Shown here: positions 48,070 to 57,149 of the stretch, one piece after another | Position numbering within the stretch: position 1 is the first letter of the stretch | Layout: the number at the start of each line of letters is the position of its first letter | DNA from: Actinomycetota bacterium | GTDB taxonomy: Bacteria; Actinomycetota; Acidimicrobiia; Acidimicrobiales; VFJN01 | Assembly (NCBI GenBank): GCA_009886035.1 | Contig: VFJN01000090.1 | Coordinates: 1 to 63,008, forward strand | Length of the DNA: 63,008 nucleotides | Direction: 5' to 3' | Position numbers and translations under genes: made by a program | The notes under the pieces: model-generated | Told to the model about the DNA's origin: nothing | Database searches by the model: none | What the model saw: only the letters and a program-made list of their open reading frames with translations

Positions 48070-50241
48070 ATGACCCCCTGGGAGAGAGCCCTGGCCGACG
48101 TGACGGCTGGCCACGCGCCCCACGCGGCGGCGGCAGCCCTCGTGTTATTGATGACACCCGAGGAGCGACGACGCTGCCTCTCCGGTGATCTTCCGTTCTG
48201 GGCGGGCCTGGCCCACATGGCGACCGGGGGCATCCACCGGCGGCCGTTCCGCGCCGCCACCGTGCCCCGTCTCGGCATCCCCGGCCTCGCCTTCAGTGAT
48301 GGGCCACGGGGAGTGGTGGTCGGTACCGCCACCTGCTTTCCCGTGAGCATGGCCCGGGGCGCCACCTGGGATCTCGATCTGGAGGAACGCATCGGAGAGG
48401 CCATCGGCATCGAGCTACGGACGGTGGGGGCCAACCTCTTCGGCGGCGTCTGCGTGAACATCTTGCACCACCCCGCCTGGGGACGAGCCCAGGAGACCTA
48501 CGGAGAGGACCCGCACCACGTAGGCGAGTTCGGCGCCGCCCTCACTCGGGGCGTGCAGCGACACGTGATGGCCACCGTCAAACACTTCGCCGCCAATTCG
48601 ATGGAAAACGCTCGGTTCCAGGTGGATGTGACCATCGCCAACCAGGCTCTCCACGAGGTCTACCTCCCCCACTTCAAGCGTGTGGTCCAGGAGGGGGTGG
48701 CCTGCGTCATGACCGCCTACAACTCGCTCAACGGCGAGTGGTGCGGCCAAAGCCCAGCGCTGATCTCCGACGTACTGCGCACCGAGTGGGGCTTCGAGGG
48801 CTTGGTGATCAGCGACTGGATCTTCGGCGTGCGCGATGCGGCGGCATCCATCAATGCGGGCCTCGATCTCGAAATGCCCGGGCCGATGGTCCGCCACGCT
48901 GGTCTCGACGCCGCCCTCGCCTCCGGTGACACCACCTGGGCGGCCATCGATGCGTGCGTCACCCGTACCCTCGCCGCCCTCCTGCGCCAGACCACCCGCA
49001 CCCCCTCCACGGCCCCGGATCATTCGGCGGTGGCCGGGCCCGGCCACCGGGCCCTGGCCCGGGAGGCGGCGGCCAAGTCCATCGTGCTCCTGCGCAACGA
49101 ACCCATCGACGGGGCCCCGCTGCTCCCCCTGGCGGCGGCGAGCCTCACTTCGGTGGCCGTCTTCGGGGCCTGGGCGGCGATGCCCAATCTGGGCGACAGT
49201 GGGTCGAGCGACGTGAACCCCCCTGACGTGGTCACACCGTTGGAGGGCCTGGTGGCCGCCCTCCCGCAGACGACGGTGGTGCTCCAAAGCGCACCGGCGG
49301 CGGCGGCCGGGAGCGATGTGGCCATCGTGGTGGTCGGCTACACGAGCGCCGACGAAGGTGAGTACGTCGGATACCACCCTCACCCGGCCCTCACCGCCCT
49401 GTTGCCCGGGGCCGATGATCCCGACGAGGCCGCCGCTTTTACCGCCGTGATCGCCGCCGAGACCACCTCCACTTTCGCCCCGAGGGTGGGCCCGGAGGGG
49501 ATCCCCGGTCGCCGTTCGGTTGGCGGTGACCGCACCTCATTGCGACTGTCGCCGACCGATGAGGCCCTCATTGCGGCGGTCGTAGCCATCAATCCCCGCA
49601 CCATCGTGGCGGTGGTCGCCGGCAGCGCGGTGATCATGGAGGCCTGGCGACACCAGGTGCCGGCCATTGTCCAACTCTGGTATTCCGGAATGGAGGGCGG
49701 CCACGGCTTGGCCGATGTGCTCCTGGGTCGGACCGATGCCAGCGGTCGCCTCCCCTTCACCGTGCCCACCGACGCCCGCCACCTCCCGCCCTTCGACCGT
49801 TCGGCCACCACCGCCGTGTACGACGGGTGGCACGGCTACTGGCGCTTAGCGCGCGACCGCCACGCGGCCGCCTACCCATTCGGGTTTGGCCTCTCCTACA
49901 CGGCGTGGGCCCTGGGCCCCACCACTGTCGATGAGCACGAAGACCACCTGGTAGTGCAAGCCACCGTGAGAAATCTTGGCTCTCGCGAGGGTGCCGACGT
50001 GGTGCAGGTGTACGCCGGGCGGCCTGCCGATGCCACTCGCCCGGCGCGCCGCCTCGTGGCCTTTGCCCGGGTATCGGTCCCGGCCCATCGCGAGACGGTC
50101 GTGGAAATCCGCATTCCGTGGAGCGCTCTGGCGGTACGCCAAGGCGATGCCTGGCTCATCGCGGCGGGCACCTACGTGCTCACCGTGGGCCGCCACAGCG
50201 CCGATCTCGACGCCGTCGACCTCATCATCGACCGTCCCTAG
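48070..50241 (+). CDS. Glycoside hydrolase family 3 (beta-glucosidase/beta-hexosaminidase-like)
   Basis: 'FSDGPRG', '[10 protein letters not shown]', nucleophile region '[10 protein letters not shown]'. A C-terminal fibronectin-like domain is present. About 723 aa. Confidence 0.9.
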   Translation: MTPWERALADVTAGHAPHAAAAALVLLMTPEERRRCLSGDLPFWAGLAHMATGGIHRRPFRAATVPRLGIPGLAFSDGPRGVVVGTATCFPVSMARGATWDLDLEERIGEAIGIELRTVGANLFGGVCVNILHHPAWGRAQETYGEDPHHVGEFGAALTRGVQRHVMATVKHFAANSMENARFQVDVTIANQALHEVYLPHFKRVVQEGVACVMTAYNSLNGEWCGQSPALISDVLRTEWGFEGLVISDWIFGVRDAAASINAGLDLEMPGPMVRHAGLDAALASGDTTWAAIDACVTRTLAALLRQTTRTPSTAPDHSAVAGPGHRALAREAAAKSIVLLRNEPIDGAPLLPLAAASLTSVAVFGAWAAMPNLGDSGSSDVNPPDVVTPLEGLVAALPQTTVVLQSAPAAAAGSDVAIVVVGYTSADEGEYVGYHPHPALTALLPGADDPDEAAAFTAVIAAETTSTFAPRVGPEGIPGRRSVGGDRTSLRLSPTDEALIAAVVAINPRTIVAVVAGSAVIMEAWRHQVPAIVQLWYSGMEGGHGLADVLLGRTDASGRLPFTVPTDARHLPPFDRSATTAVYDGWHGYWRLARDRHAAAYPFGFGLSYTAWALGPTTVDEHEDHLVVQATVRNLGSREGADVVQVYAGRPADATRPARRLVAFARVSVPAHRETVVEIRIPWSALAVRQGDAWLIAAGTYVLTVGRHSADLDAVDLIIDRP

Positions 50242-50299
50242 GCCCGGTTAGCGGGGGCGTGCTTGCTGGCGAAGACAGCGGCGAGTTGACTGAAGTCCG

Positions 50300-51343
50300 A
50301 TGCTCACCGACCAAGTCACCTTCACCGAAGCCGAACTCCTGCTGGACCACCCCATGGCCGAGCCGCTCATCGAGGGCGGCGTGCGCTGCCATGGCGGTTT
50401 CGATGCCGACGGCACCTACTGTTCGCCCCGCACCCGGTTCCGAGTACCCGCCATCGCCGCCTGGCAGGCCCAAAACACTGAGACCTTCGGCACCGAACCC
50501 CTCCATGTGCCGCTCGATACCTGGCCCGCCCACCTGCCCAATGTGGCCCAGGCCCGCCACCTCATCACCGCCGGGGTTCCCGAACCGCTCATCGCCACCC
50601 TCACTCGCATCGGCACGGTGGAAGGATTCGGCGCCAACATCCGATTCCTGCAGCCCGGCGACCTGCAGCCACACTTCGAGGAGGACGTGCGGGGCACCGC
50701 CATCGACCACCTCGGCCGAGGGTTGTTCGAAGCCCACGGACGCGACGAAGCCGGCTGGGAGCAAGAGGCTGGGCACCGCGACATGTGGTTCGCCGCCCGA
50801 GACATCGCCTTCCAATCCCCCTCTGCCGAGATCGACGTGGATGCCATGCTGGCCCGCATGGGCTTCGGCCCCGCGGGGTCCGGGTCTGCCCCCGAGCCCG
50901 CCCGCGTTCTCCCCGCCGACATCGACCCCAATCTCGAGTTGATCGCCAGCCTCATGATCAAGGTCCTGCTCATCGAGGTGCAGGCCTTCCACACCTTTGC
51001 GTGGGCCGAGGAATGGCTTTCCGATCCGGATCTGGTGGCCGGCGATGGTCGAGCCGCCGACCTGGTGTCGTTTATTCGCGCCGACGAGACCCCCCACGTC
51101 GATTACCTGCGCACCGCGCTCAGTGAGATGCGCGACCGCACGTGGATCGGATCGGGTGGAGCGAAGCACCCCGGCACCGAGATGATCGGAACACTGTGGC
51201 GCCGTGGCCTCGAACAGTCCCTGGGGGCCGGGCGGGCCCAGACCCACGCGGCGGTGCTCGCCGAGGTGGAGCATTGGTGCCAGAACCACCCGCAGGGCAC
51301 CGCCACCCTCGAGGAGTTCCACGCCCTGGCGAGCCCGGCGTAA
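50300..51343 (+). CDS. Hypothetical protein (possible ferritin-like/di-metal helical protein)
   Basis: 347-aa ORF with good GC3 bias; the antisense ORF 50225-51346 is Gly/Arg-rich. Carboxylate/His pairs occur at 'FEAHGRDEAGWEQEAGH' and 'ADETPHVDYL'. Function not recognised. Confidence 0.55.
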   Translation: MLTDQVTFTEAELLLDHPMAEPLIEGGVRCHGGFDADGTYCSPRTRFRVPAIAAWQAQNTETFGTEPLHVPLDTWPAHLPNVAQARHLITAGVPEPLIATLTRIGTVEGFGANIRFLQPGDLQPHFEEDVRGTAIDHLGRGLFEAHGRDEAGWEQEAGHRDMWFAARDIAFQSPSAEIDVDAMLARMGFGPAGSGSAPEPARVLPADIDPNLELIASLMIKVLLIEVQAFHTFAWAEEWLSDPDLVAGDGRAADLVSFIRADETPHVDYLRTALSEMRDRTWIGSGGAKHPGTEMIGTLWRRGLEQSLGAGRAQTHAAVLAEVEHWCQNHPQGTATLEEFHALASPA

Positions 51344-51352
51344 CACCGGCGG

Positions 51353-51376
51353 CGGGGCCCCGCTCCCGCGGCCCCG
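51353..51376. terminator. GC-rich hairpin between convergent genes (possible bidirectional terminator)
   Basis: Inverted repeat CGGGGCC (51353-51359) / GGCCCCG (51370-51376) with a 10-nt loop, located between the stops at 51343 (+) and 51389 (-). No U-tract. Confidence 0.3.
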
Positions 51377-51388
51377 ACTCGAGGGTCC

Positions 51389-51805
51389 TCAGGCGGCGCC
51401 GACGGTGGGGCGGTGGGGAACGGCGATCGGCGGCGGCACCGGCATCGTCGTGCGCAACTCCACCCTTCCCAGCGGCCCGTCGATGCTCAGCGTCTCCCCT
51501 GCGCACCGGTAGGAACACATCCCGGCGAAGGAGTGGACCACCCGGCGCGCCTGATGCACGAGAGCCGAGGGCCCATCGCGTCGGGTGGTCGCCACCGGGC
51601 CCACCGTGAGGTAGTTGGCGGTGACGTTGTAACTGGCGGAGAACCCATTGACGCCGGTACTACCCGAGACACGGCCGTCGTGACCGAACTCCACCCGCAG
51701 CGATGGTCCATCGAGGGCGGAGATGCCGTTGATAGCGACGATCTGCCAACGAGTACCCGCTAGGTGGTTGCTCGTGGCGGGCCCGATGAGGGCGACGGCG
51801 GTCAT
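51389..51805 (-). CDS. META-domain (HslJ-like) protein
   Basis: 'GTRWQIVAING...LRVEFGHDGRVSGSTGVNGFSASYNV..NYLTVGPVATTR' is the META-domain pattern. Start set at the ATG at 51805; the ORF extends to 51955. Confidence 0.62.
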   Translation of the reverse strand: MTAVALIGPATSNHLAGTRWQIVAINGISALDGPSLRVEFGHDGRVSGSTGVNGFSASYNVTANYLTVGPVATTRRDGPSALVHQARRVVHSFAGMCSYRCAGETLSIDGPLGRVELRTTMPVPPPIAVPHRPTVGAA

Positions 51806-52113
51806 CGGCGGCAGGCTACCCGCCGAGCAGCCCGAGCCTCTAAAGGGGGACGGCCCCGGGCGCCTCCTGCCGAAGCGGGAGGCGGCCCCGGGGCCGCCAG
51901 TCGGACGAGCATCCACCGAGCGATCGTTGCGAACCCGTAGGTTCTCATCGATCACTCACATCGCCCGTCGGAGCCAAAGCTCTGGCGGGCGATGCCCGTT
52001 GGGGGCCGACTCGCCGAAGCGCTCCGACTCCCTTCCGCTGGCGGGCTGGGTTGCCCCAACTGCCTGGCGAACCGTTCAACCCAAGCGGCTTGCGCCTCCC
52101 CGATTGAACGGAC

Positions 52114-52357
52114 GGTGGATAACTCGTCCTCCCACGGCGGCGGTTTCGGTGCGTTCCTGAGGGTTCTCCATCGGCCGAAGCCTCTGGCCACTTCTCGCTC
52201 TGGCACCGCTCCATTTCGCTGCGGTACTGATGATGATGAACCTCATCGGTGACGCCGTCAACGAGTTTCAGAACATCCCCAGGGTTATCCCCCAACCTTT
52301 TTACTTGTCCACAAAATGGAGTGGGTTGTCCACCTTCTGCCCACAGCCACACCCACA
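52114..52357. promoter_or_regulatory. Cluster of DnaA-box-like 9-mers in a long divergent intergenic region
   Basis: TTGTCCACA (52305-52313, perfect actinobacterial-type box). TTGTCCACC (52326-52334, 21 bp later, same orientation). Weaker TTATCCCCC (52285-52293) and CTGCCCACA (52337-52345). Inverted TTATCCACC (complement of 52114-52122). Confidence 0.35.
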
Positions 52358-52417
52358 GATAGCCCGACCCATCACGCGCCGGCCGCACCCGGGGCGTCCA
52401 TCGGCCAGACTCGCGGA

Positions 52418-53203
52418 ATGGCCCGCTCCCCGATGAATCGATCCGGCGATTACGAAACACTGCAGGTGGACCGGGACGCCGAATTGGACGGCCTGCTCAC
52501 CATCACGCTGAACCGCCCGGCGAAACTCAACGCCCTGACCATCGCCCTGCACGACGAATTGCAGGATCTGTGCGCGGGCCTGGAAACCGACCCCACCGTG
52601 CGGGTAGTGGTACTCACCGGCTCTGGCCGAGCGTTCTCCGCCGGGGCCGACCTTTCGGACCGTCGACCACTGCCCCCGGTCAATGATCTCGACCGCCAGG
52701 CCCGGGCGCACCTCGGGGGACGAACCTGCGAGATGCTCGATCGCCTCCCCCAGGTCACCATCGGCGCCGCCAACGGCCTCGCCATCGGGGGTGGCGTCGT
52801 GCTGTTGACCTGTTGCGATCTTCGCCTCGCCGCCGCCTCCGCCTGGTTCTCGATCCCCGAGGTGGAACTCGACCTCCCCCTCACCTGGCAGGCCCTCCCC
52901 CGGTTGATGCGCGAGTTGGGGCCGGCTCGCACCCGAGAGGTGGCGATGCTCTGCGAGCGCTTCACGAGCGCCGAGGCGGCGGCCTGGGGTCTGGTCAACT
53001 ATGTCCACCCCGACGCCGAGCTCCCCGGGGCGGTGCGCACCATGGCGGCTCGCCTCCTCTCGATGGACCCGCTCAGCCTCTCCTCGACCAAGCGGGCCTG
53101 TGCCGCCCTGGCCAACGCCATGGTGCCCAAGGAGGTGACCTGGAGTGATGCCGAGATGATGCTTCTCGCTCATCGTCAGCAGGCCCTCCGGCGCGATGGG
53201 TGA
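52418..53203 (+). CDS. Enoyl-CoA hydratase/isomerase (crotonase) family protein
   Basis: 'LTITLNRPAKLNAL', 'VVLTGSGRAFSAGADL', 'AANGLAIGGGVVL'. About 261 aa from the ATG at 52418. Confidence 0.88.
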   Translation: MARSPMNRSGDYETLQVDRDAELDGLLTITLNRPAKLNALTIALHDELQDLCAGLETDPTVRVVVLTGSGRAFSAGADLSDRRPLPPVNDLDRQARAHLGGRTCEMLDRLPQVTIGAANGLAIGGGVVLLTCCDLRLAAASAWFSIPEVELDLPLTWQALPRLMRELGPARTREVAMLCERFTSAEAAAWGLVNYVHPDAELPGAVRTMAARLLSMDPLSLSSTKRACAALANAMVPKEVTWSDAEMMLLAHRQQALRRDG

Positions 53204-53244
53204 CCTCGCCAACCCCCGGGCGCTGGGGCGTGCCATCGCCATGA

Positions 53245-53320
53245 TTGGTGGGCGCTGCCGGGTTCGAACCGACGACCTGCTCGGTGTAAACGAGCTGCTC
53301 TACCAGCTGAGCTAAACGCC
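53245..53320 (-). tRNA. tRNA-Val (anticodon TAC), CCA encoded
   Basis: The reverse complement folds as GGGCGTT-TA-GCTC-AGCTGGTA-GAGC-A-GCTCG-TTTACAC-CGAGC-AGGTC-GTCGG-TTCGAAC-CCGGC-AGCGCCC-A-CCA. Clean cloverleaf, 76 nt. Confidence 0.93.
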
Positions 53321-53412
53321 CGGGAACCGAACCATCGCGGTCCGGCTGTGGTCCGGGCACCGTAGCGGGTTCGCGCGCTCTCCACGGGTCCCCGGTTCGG
53401 AACGAGACGGTT

Positions 53413-54357
53413 TTAGACCCTCACCGGCCGAGGGGTCGGGGCCCCGACGAAGGCATCGTCCCCCCGGGGGCGACGGGCCGCCACGAGGGTGTACATCGAC
53501 GGACCCACCGGGAACAGGGCCAAACCGCCCGGCCGCCCCGCCACCACCGGTGCGGGCATGAGAGGTGGCTCCGGGATCAGGGCGGTGGCGGTCTGCTCCC
53601 CGCCCAGGAGGGCCAGCGGCACCTCGATACAGGCCGTGATCCCCCCCTCGGGTGTCGTGCGCAGCCGCACCACCACGCCCATTCGACGGGCCAGGTGCCC
53701 GGCCACGAAGTGACCCAGGTAACGGGTGGGCACCACGCCGGGGGAGTCTTCACCGGCGAGGCGCTGGTTGGCCCGCACAATGTCGTGGTCGATCATGCCC
53801 CCACCGTGGTCCCTCACCAGGATCGTGTAGCCCGCCGGGGTGAGACTCCCTCCCACCTCTACGGCAGCGTCAAGGGGCGAATACCGCAAGGCATTCTCGA
53901 TGAGTTCAGCCATGACATGCACCAGGGATGGTGCCTCGATGCCGCGGATGGACGCCGGGTCGAGATCACCCACCTCCACGCGTTCGTGGGCCTCAACCTC
54001 CCCTAAGGCGGCGTAAACGGCATCCGACACGGGCATCGAATCCGGGTGCGATGACCGAAGACCGCTTCCGGCGAGCACCCGCCGCGACGCAGCCGTTCGC
54101 CGCTGCCGGGGGGTGAGACCCTCACCACCGCAGTGGTCGCCCCCGGCCCCGGGAGCAGGTGCGGGGCCCGTCGCGCCGCCACTAGTACCTCGCCCCCCCA
54201 CCGCTGGCGGAGGCCAGGCGACGGCCAGGGTCGACCCTCCGCTCGTTCGTGCCGCCGTTGTGACGATGGCCAATCGACCGAACCTCTGCCGGACGGCCAC
54301 CACCAGCAGAACCGCGCCAAGCGATAAAACCAGGGTCCACGACGGCGGGATGGCCAT
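53413..54357 (-). CDS. Membrane-anchored, N-terminally truncated CvnA-like GHKL (HATPase_c) protein lacking sensor and phospho-acceptor regions
   Basis: TM helix 'WTLVLSLGAVLLVVAV', then a Gly/Pro/Ala-rich spacer. Next comes 'RRTAASRRVLAGSG...PVSDAVYAALGEVEAHERVEV...LVHVMAELIENALRYSP...ILVRDHGGGM...YLGHFVAGHLARRMGVVVRLRTTPEGGITACIEVP'. This matches the C-terminal half of conservon CvnA-type kinase-like proteins as I recall them. No H-box was seen. Confidence 0.68.
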   Translation of the reverse strand: MAIPPSWTLVLSLGAVLLVVAVRQRFGRLAIVTTAARTSGGSTLAVAWPPPAVGGRGTSGGATGPAPAPGAGGDHCGGEGLTPRQRRTAASRRVLAGSGLRSSHPDSMPVSDAVYAALGEVEAHERVEVGDLDPASIRGIEAPSLVHVMAELIENALRYSPLDAAVEVGGSLTPAGYTILVRDHGGGMIDHDIVRANQRLAGEDSPGVVPTRYLGHFVAGHLARRMGVVVRLRTTPEGGITACIEVPLALLGGEQTATALIPEPPLMPAPVVAGRPGGLALFPVGPSMYTLVAARRPRGDDAFVGAPTPRPVRV

Positions 54358-54402
54358 CGACACGCTGGTGAGGATGTGGGGAGCGGGAAACACGGGCTTC
54401 TC

Positions 54403-56976
54403 CTATTCAGATGGGATGAGGGGTGACCGCTGCCCGGCCCAGCGGCGAGTTGTCGCCATGGGAGCAGCCGGGACCGGGACCGGGACCGGGACCGGGACCG
54501 GGACAACAACCGGCGCCACGAGGGCCGCGGCCACGGGAGCCACGACAACGGGAGCCACAACAACGGGGGCCGCAGCGAGCGGAGCCACGACAACGGGGGC
54601 AGGAACCACGATGGCGACGGGGTGCTCTAGATCTCGCTGAAGCACCGCCGCCGGAATCGCCAACCCCGCCGGGGCGGGCAGTTCAATCGCCCAGGCCAGG
54701 ATGTTCGGGTCCTCGGAGAGCACCACGATCGGACGGTCTTCGGAGGCGTGGAGGAGAGTACGGAGCAACGCTCCGGTGGTGGCGACCGCGAGATCCCCGA
54801 ACGGCTCGTCGAGCACCACGAGCCTGTCGGGATCCGCAGCCTGCAGCACGGTCTCCAAGCCCGCCACCAGGTCTTCGCTCACTCCCTCGTCCACCACCGT
54901 CTCGGCGACCAGAGCAGCCGCACGCGCTTCGGCGAGGCGCCTCGCCGTGGCCGCCACGTCGGTCTCGGCCTGGCTCCGGGCGGAGTCGAGCGACGTGGCC
55001 TGATCTTTGAGGCGGCCCACCAACCCGGCGAGGTCCTCCAGGGGATCACCGGCAAACCGGTCGGCACCGGGTAGTTCCTCGGCGAGTTGCCGCACCTTGC
55101 GAGCCGTGCCACGAAACACCAACACGGCCGCTTCGAGATTGCCCTCGGCCGAGGCACAGCCCTCCGCCGTGCGATCCATTTCGCACTGGGCCGCCTGTTG
55201 GGCCACCACCAGGGAACCGGTAGCTCCGTCGATCTGGCTTCGCATGTCCGCCAGCGCTTCCGCTTCGTCCGCCCGAACCGCATCCCGGGTGGCGCGTTGG
55301 CTGAGTTCACTCTCCACCGCCGCCACCGAGCCCTGCGCCAACTGGAGTTCCTCGGCCAAGCGATCTACTTCCCACTCGGCCGACCGAAGATCCACTTCGT
55401 AGGCCTCGTCACGCTGATCGTCCGCCGCCCCCGGGATCTGGCCTCTCGCCTCCACCGATCGGGCCGTCGCATCGGCAACTCCCCCTTCGCCGACCACCAC
55501 CCCTCGGCTCTCCACATAGGCGGTGGCCGCCGATTCGAGATCGATCCCCGCCGGTCGGATGCCGGCCTCGGCGAGCGCCTCGATGAGGTCTACCTGGAGG
55601 CTCCGGGGCACCTGGCGGTGTGCTTTGAGGAGTTCCGGCGTGCGGTCACGGGGGTCCACCCCGAGGAGCTCAACCACCATGGCGTGCAATCGCTGACGCT
55701 CGGACGCGAGGTGTTGGCGCTCGGGAGATCCCTCGGAGGCCACCACGAGAGCCCCCAGGGCGGCGGCGGCGCTTTGACGCTCGCGATCCAGGCCGGCATG
55801 GCGGGGATCAAACACCTGCGAGCGGCCACCGGACATGACCACATCGATGTAGGCCGGGAACCCGTGGTGGGCTAGCAGCGCCTGTTCGGCGGCTCGGGCT
55901 TCGGTCACTCGCGTTCCCCTAGCCGCCGCCCCCCAGCGACGACCCACCCCATCCTCGGCCTCCAACAGCGCTCCATGAGCAGCGTCGAGTGCGGCCCGGT
56001 CAGCGGCGCTGAGGGTGTTGGCACGCGCCGCCCGCTCGATCTCACCAAACTCGGCTTCGACGGCGGCCACGCGAGCGCGCGCCGTTGCGAGTTCCGCCTC
56101 GCTGGGAGCAAGATCCGCGGCAGGCAGTTCGGCTAGGTCAGCCTCCAGGTTCCCCCAGGCCTCGGCGAGCGCGGTGGCATGGGGGTCCACATCCTCGAAA
56201 CCCGCTGAAACCGACCGCAATGCCACGAGGGCATTGACGACCGCCGCCAGCGCGGGATCCTCTCTCCGCTCAGCGTGATCCGGTGTTGGGGCCACGACCG
56301 GGGGGGCGAGGACGAGCACCGCTCGGGCTCCGATGGCCACCGCCTGACGATCCGCCAGCCGCCCCTTGGCCTCCTCATGGGCCACCGTGGCCTCGTGCAC
56401 GGCCCGACCGGCGGCCTCGAGTTCGCGGCGCAAACCTCGTTCGTTCATCCCCAGCTCGTTGTCGTCCCCCCGGTGACGATCAGCATGGTTGATGGCTTCC
56501 TCCAGTGCCTGACGCTGCTGGAGGATCTGAGCCATTTGGAGGTCGGCGGCGGCATGCTCCCGCCGACGAATCTCCAGAAGCGCTTCGGCCTCGTGAAGGG
56601 CTCCCTGATCGCTCCGGACGGTGGCTTCGGCCTGCTCTACCCAGACCGCCCCGTCGAGCAGAACCCTCTGTCGGCTACTCACCACCACTAGTTCACGCGA
56701 GGCCGTTTCATGCTGCTCGCGAGCGGCGGCTACCCCCGCCGCCAAACCGGCTTGCCGGTTTGCTCGGTCGGCGGCCCGCCGCTGTGAGAATCCAGCGGCG
56801 GCCGTCCGCAGATCGGCGGAGTTCATCACCACTGCCGCCACGGCGCGAATCGCGTCACCCGGTGCCTCCCCCACCAGCTGCACCAGCGCCGAGCGCTCCG
56901 CGCTGGTGGAAAGCGCGACGGTGAGTCGTTCATGGAGGCTGCGGAGGCGGAGGTGAGGAGGCGAGTTCGTCGACAT
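54403..56976 (-). CDS. Long coiled-coil SMC/Rad50-like protein with degenerate Walker A, retained Walker B, and an Ala/Pro/Val low-complexity tail
   Basis: About 857 aa from the ATG at 56976 and Ala/Glu/Arg-rich throughout. N-terminal 'LVQLVGEAPGDAIRAVAAVV' sits where SMC-type 'ivGpNGsGKSn..dAi' would be. C-terminal 'DRLVVLDEPFGDLAVATTGALLRTLLHASEDRPIVVLSEDPNILAWA' follows the ABC/SMC Walker B, D-loop and H-loop layout, but with His replaced. The tail is 'PVVVAPVVVAP...VPVPVPVPVPVP'. Confidence 0.62.
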   Translation of the reverse strand: MSTNSPPHLRLRSLHERLTVALSTSAERSALVQLVGEAPGDAIRAVAAVVMNSADLRTAAAGFSQRRAADRANRQAGLAAGVAAAREQHETASRELVVVSSRQRVLLDGAVWVEQAEATVRSDQGALHEAEALLEIRRREHAAADLQMAQILQQRQALEEAINHADRHRGDDNELGMNERGLRRELEAAGRAVHEATVAHEEAKGRLADRQAVAIGARAVLVLAPPVVAPTPDHAERREDPALAAVVNALVALRSVSAGFEDVDPHATALAEAWGNLEADLAELPAADLAPSEAELATARARVAAVEAEFGEIERAARANTLSAADRAALDAAHGALLEAEDGVGRRWGAAARGTRVTEARAAEQALLAHHGFPAYIDVVMSGGRSQVFDPRHAGLDRERQSAAAALGALVVASEGSPERQHLASERQRLHAMVVELLGVDPRDRTPELLKAHRQVPRSLQVDLIEALAEAGIRPAGIDLESAATAYVESRGVVVGEGGVADATARSVEARGQIPGAADDQRDEAYEVDLRSAEWEVDRLAEELQLAQGSVAAVESELSQRATRDAVRADEAEALADMRSQIDGATGSLVVAQQAAQCEMDRTAEGCASAEGNLEAAVLVFRGTARKVRQLAEELPGADRFAGDPLEDLAGLVGRLKDQATSLDSARSQAETDVAATARRLAEARAAALVAETVVDEGVSEDLVAGLETVLQAADPDRLVVLDEPFGDLAVATTGALLRTLLHASEDRPIVVLSEDPNILAWAIELPAPAGLAIPAAVLQRDLEHPVAIVVPAPVVVAPLAAAPVVVAPVVVAPVAAALVAPVVVPVPVPVPVPVPAAPMATTRRWAGQRSPLIPSE
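54469..54504. repeat. Perfect hexanucleotide microsatellite (CGGGAC)x6 inside the coiled-coil gene
   Basis: Six exact tandem CGGGAC units on the + strand, equal to (GTCCCG)6 on the coding strand and encoding (VP)6. They are flanked by degenerate 15-18-bp repeats encoding 'APVVV' units up to about 54620. Confidence 0.95.
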
Positions 56977-57149
56977 GTCGTTGAGTCCCACATCCCAACA
57001 CCGTTGGTGTTGTTGAAGGCAGGGGTTGAGGTGGTATCGGCCGGGATCGAAGAACACTTGAGACCATCCCTAACGCTTCAGATGACGCCCCCTAAAGTCG
57101 ATCAAGGACAACGGCCCCGATGTAGGGACCACAGCTAACGGAGGATCCC

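Noticed and set aside
44238-48070. Long shadow ORFs: 44238-45620 (+), 45146-46108 (-) and 46754-48070 (+).
   Set aside because: Each is antisense to a strongly supported gene (AKR, menB, typA) and has no motifs of its own.
50225-51346. 373-aa minus-strand ORF opposite the 50300-51343 ORF.
   Set aside because: Of the two, the + frame has the GC3 bias and a balanced composition. The minus frame is Gly/Arg/Pro-rich.
51806-52417. Possibility that the DnaA-box cluster marks the chromosomal origin oriC.
   Set aside because: There is no dnaA, dnaN, rpmH or parAB in the window, no obvious AT-rich unwinding element, and only two or three good boxes. It is reported as a secondary DnaA-box cluster instead.
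54423-56956. Multiple 100-260-aa ORFs on the + strand inside the coiled-coil gene.
   Set aside because: They are Arg/Pro/Gly-rich antisense frames of an Ala/Glu-rich gene (GCC/GAG codons read in reverse), with no independent support.
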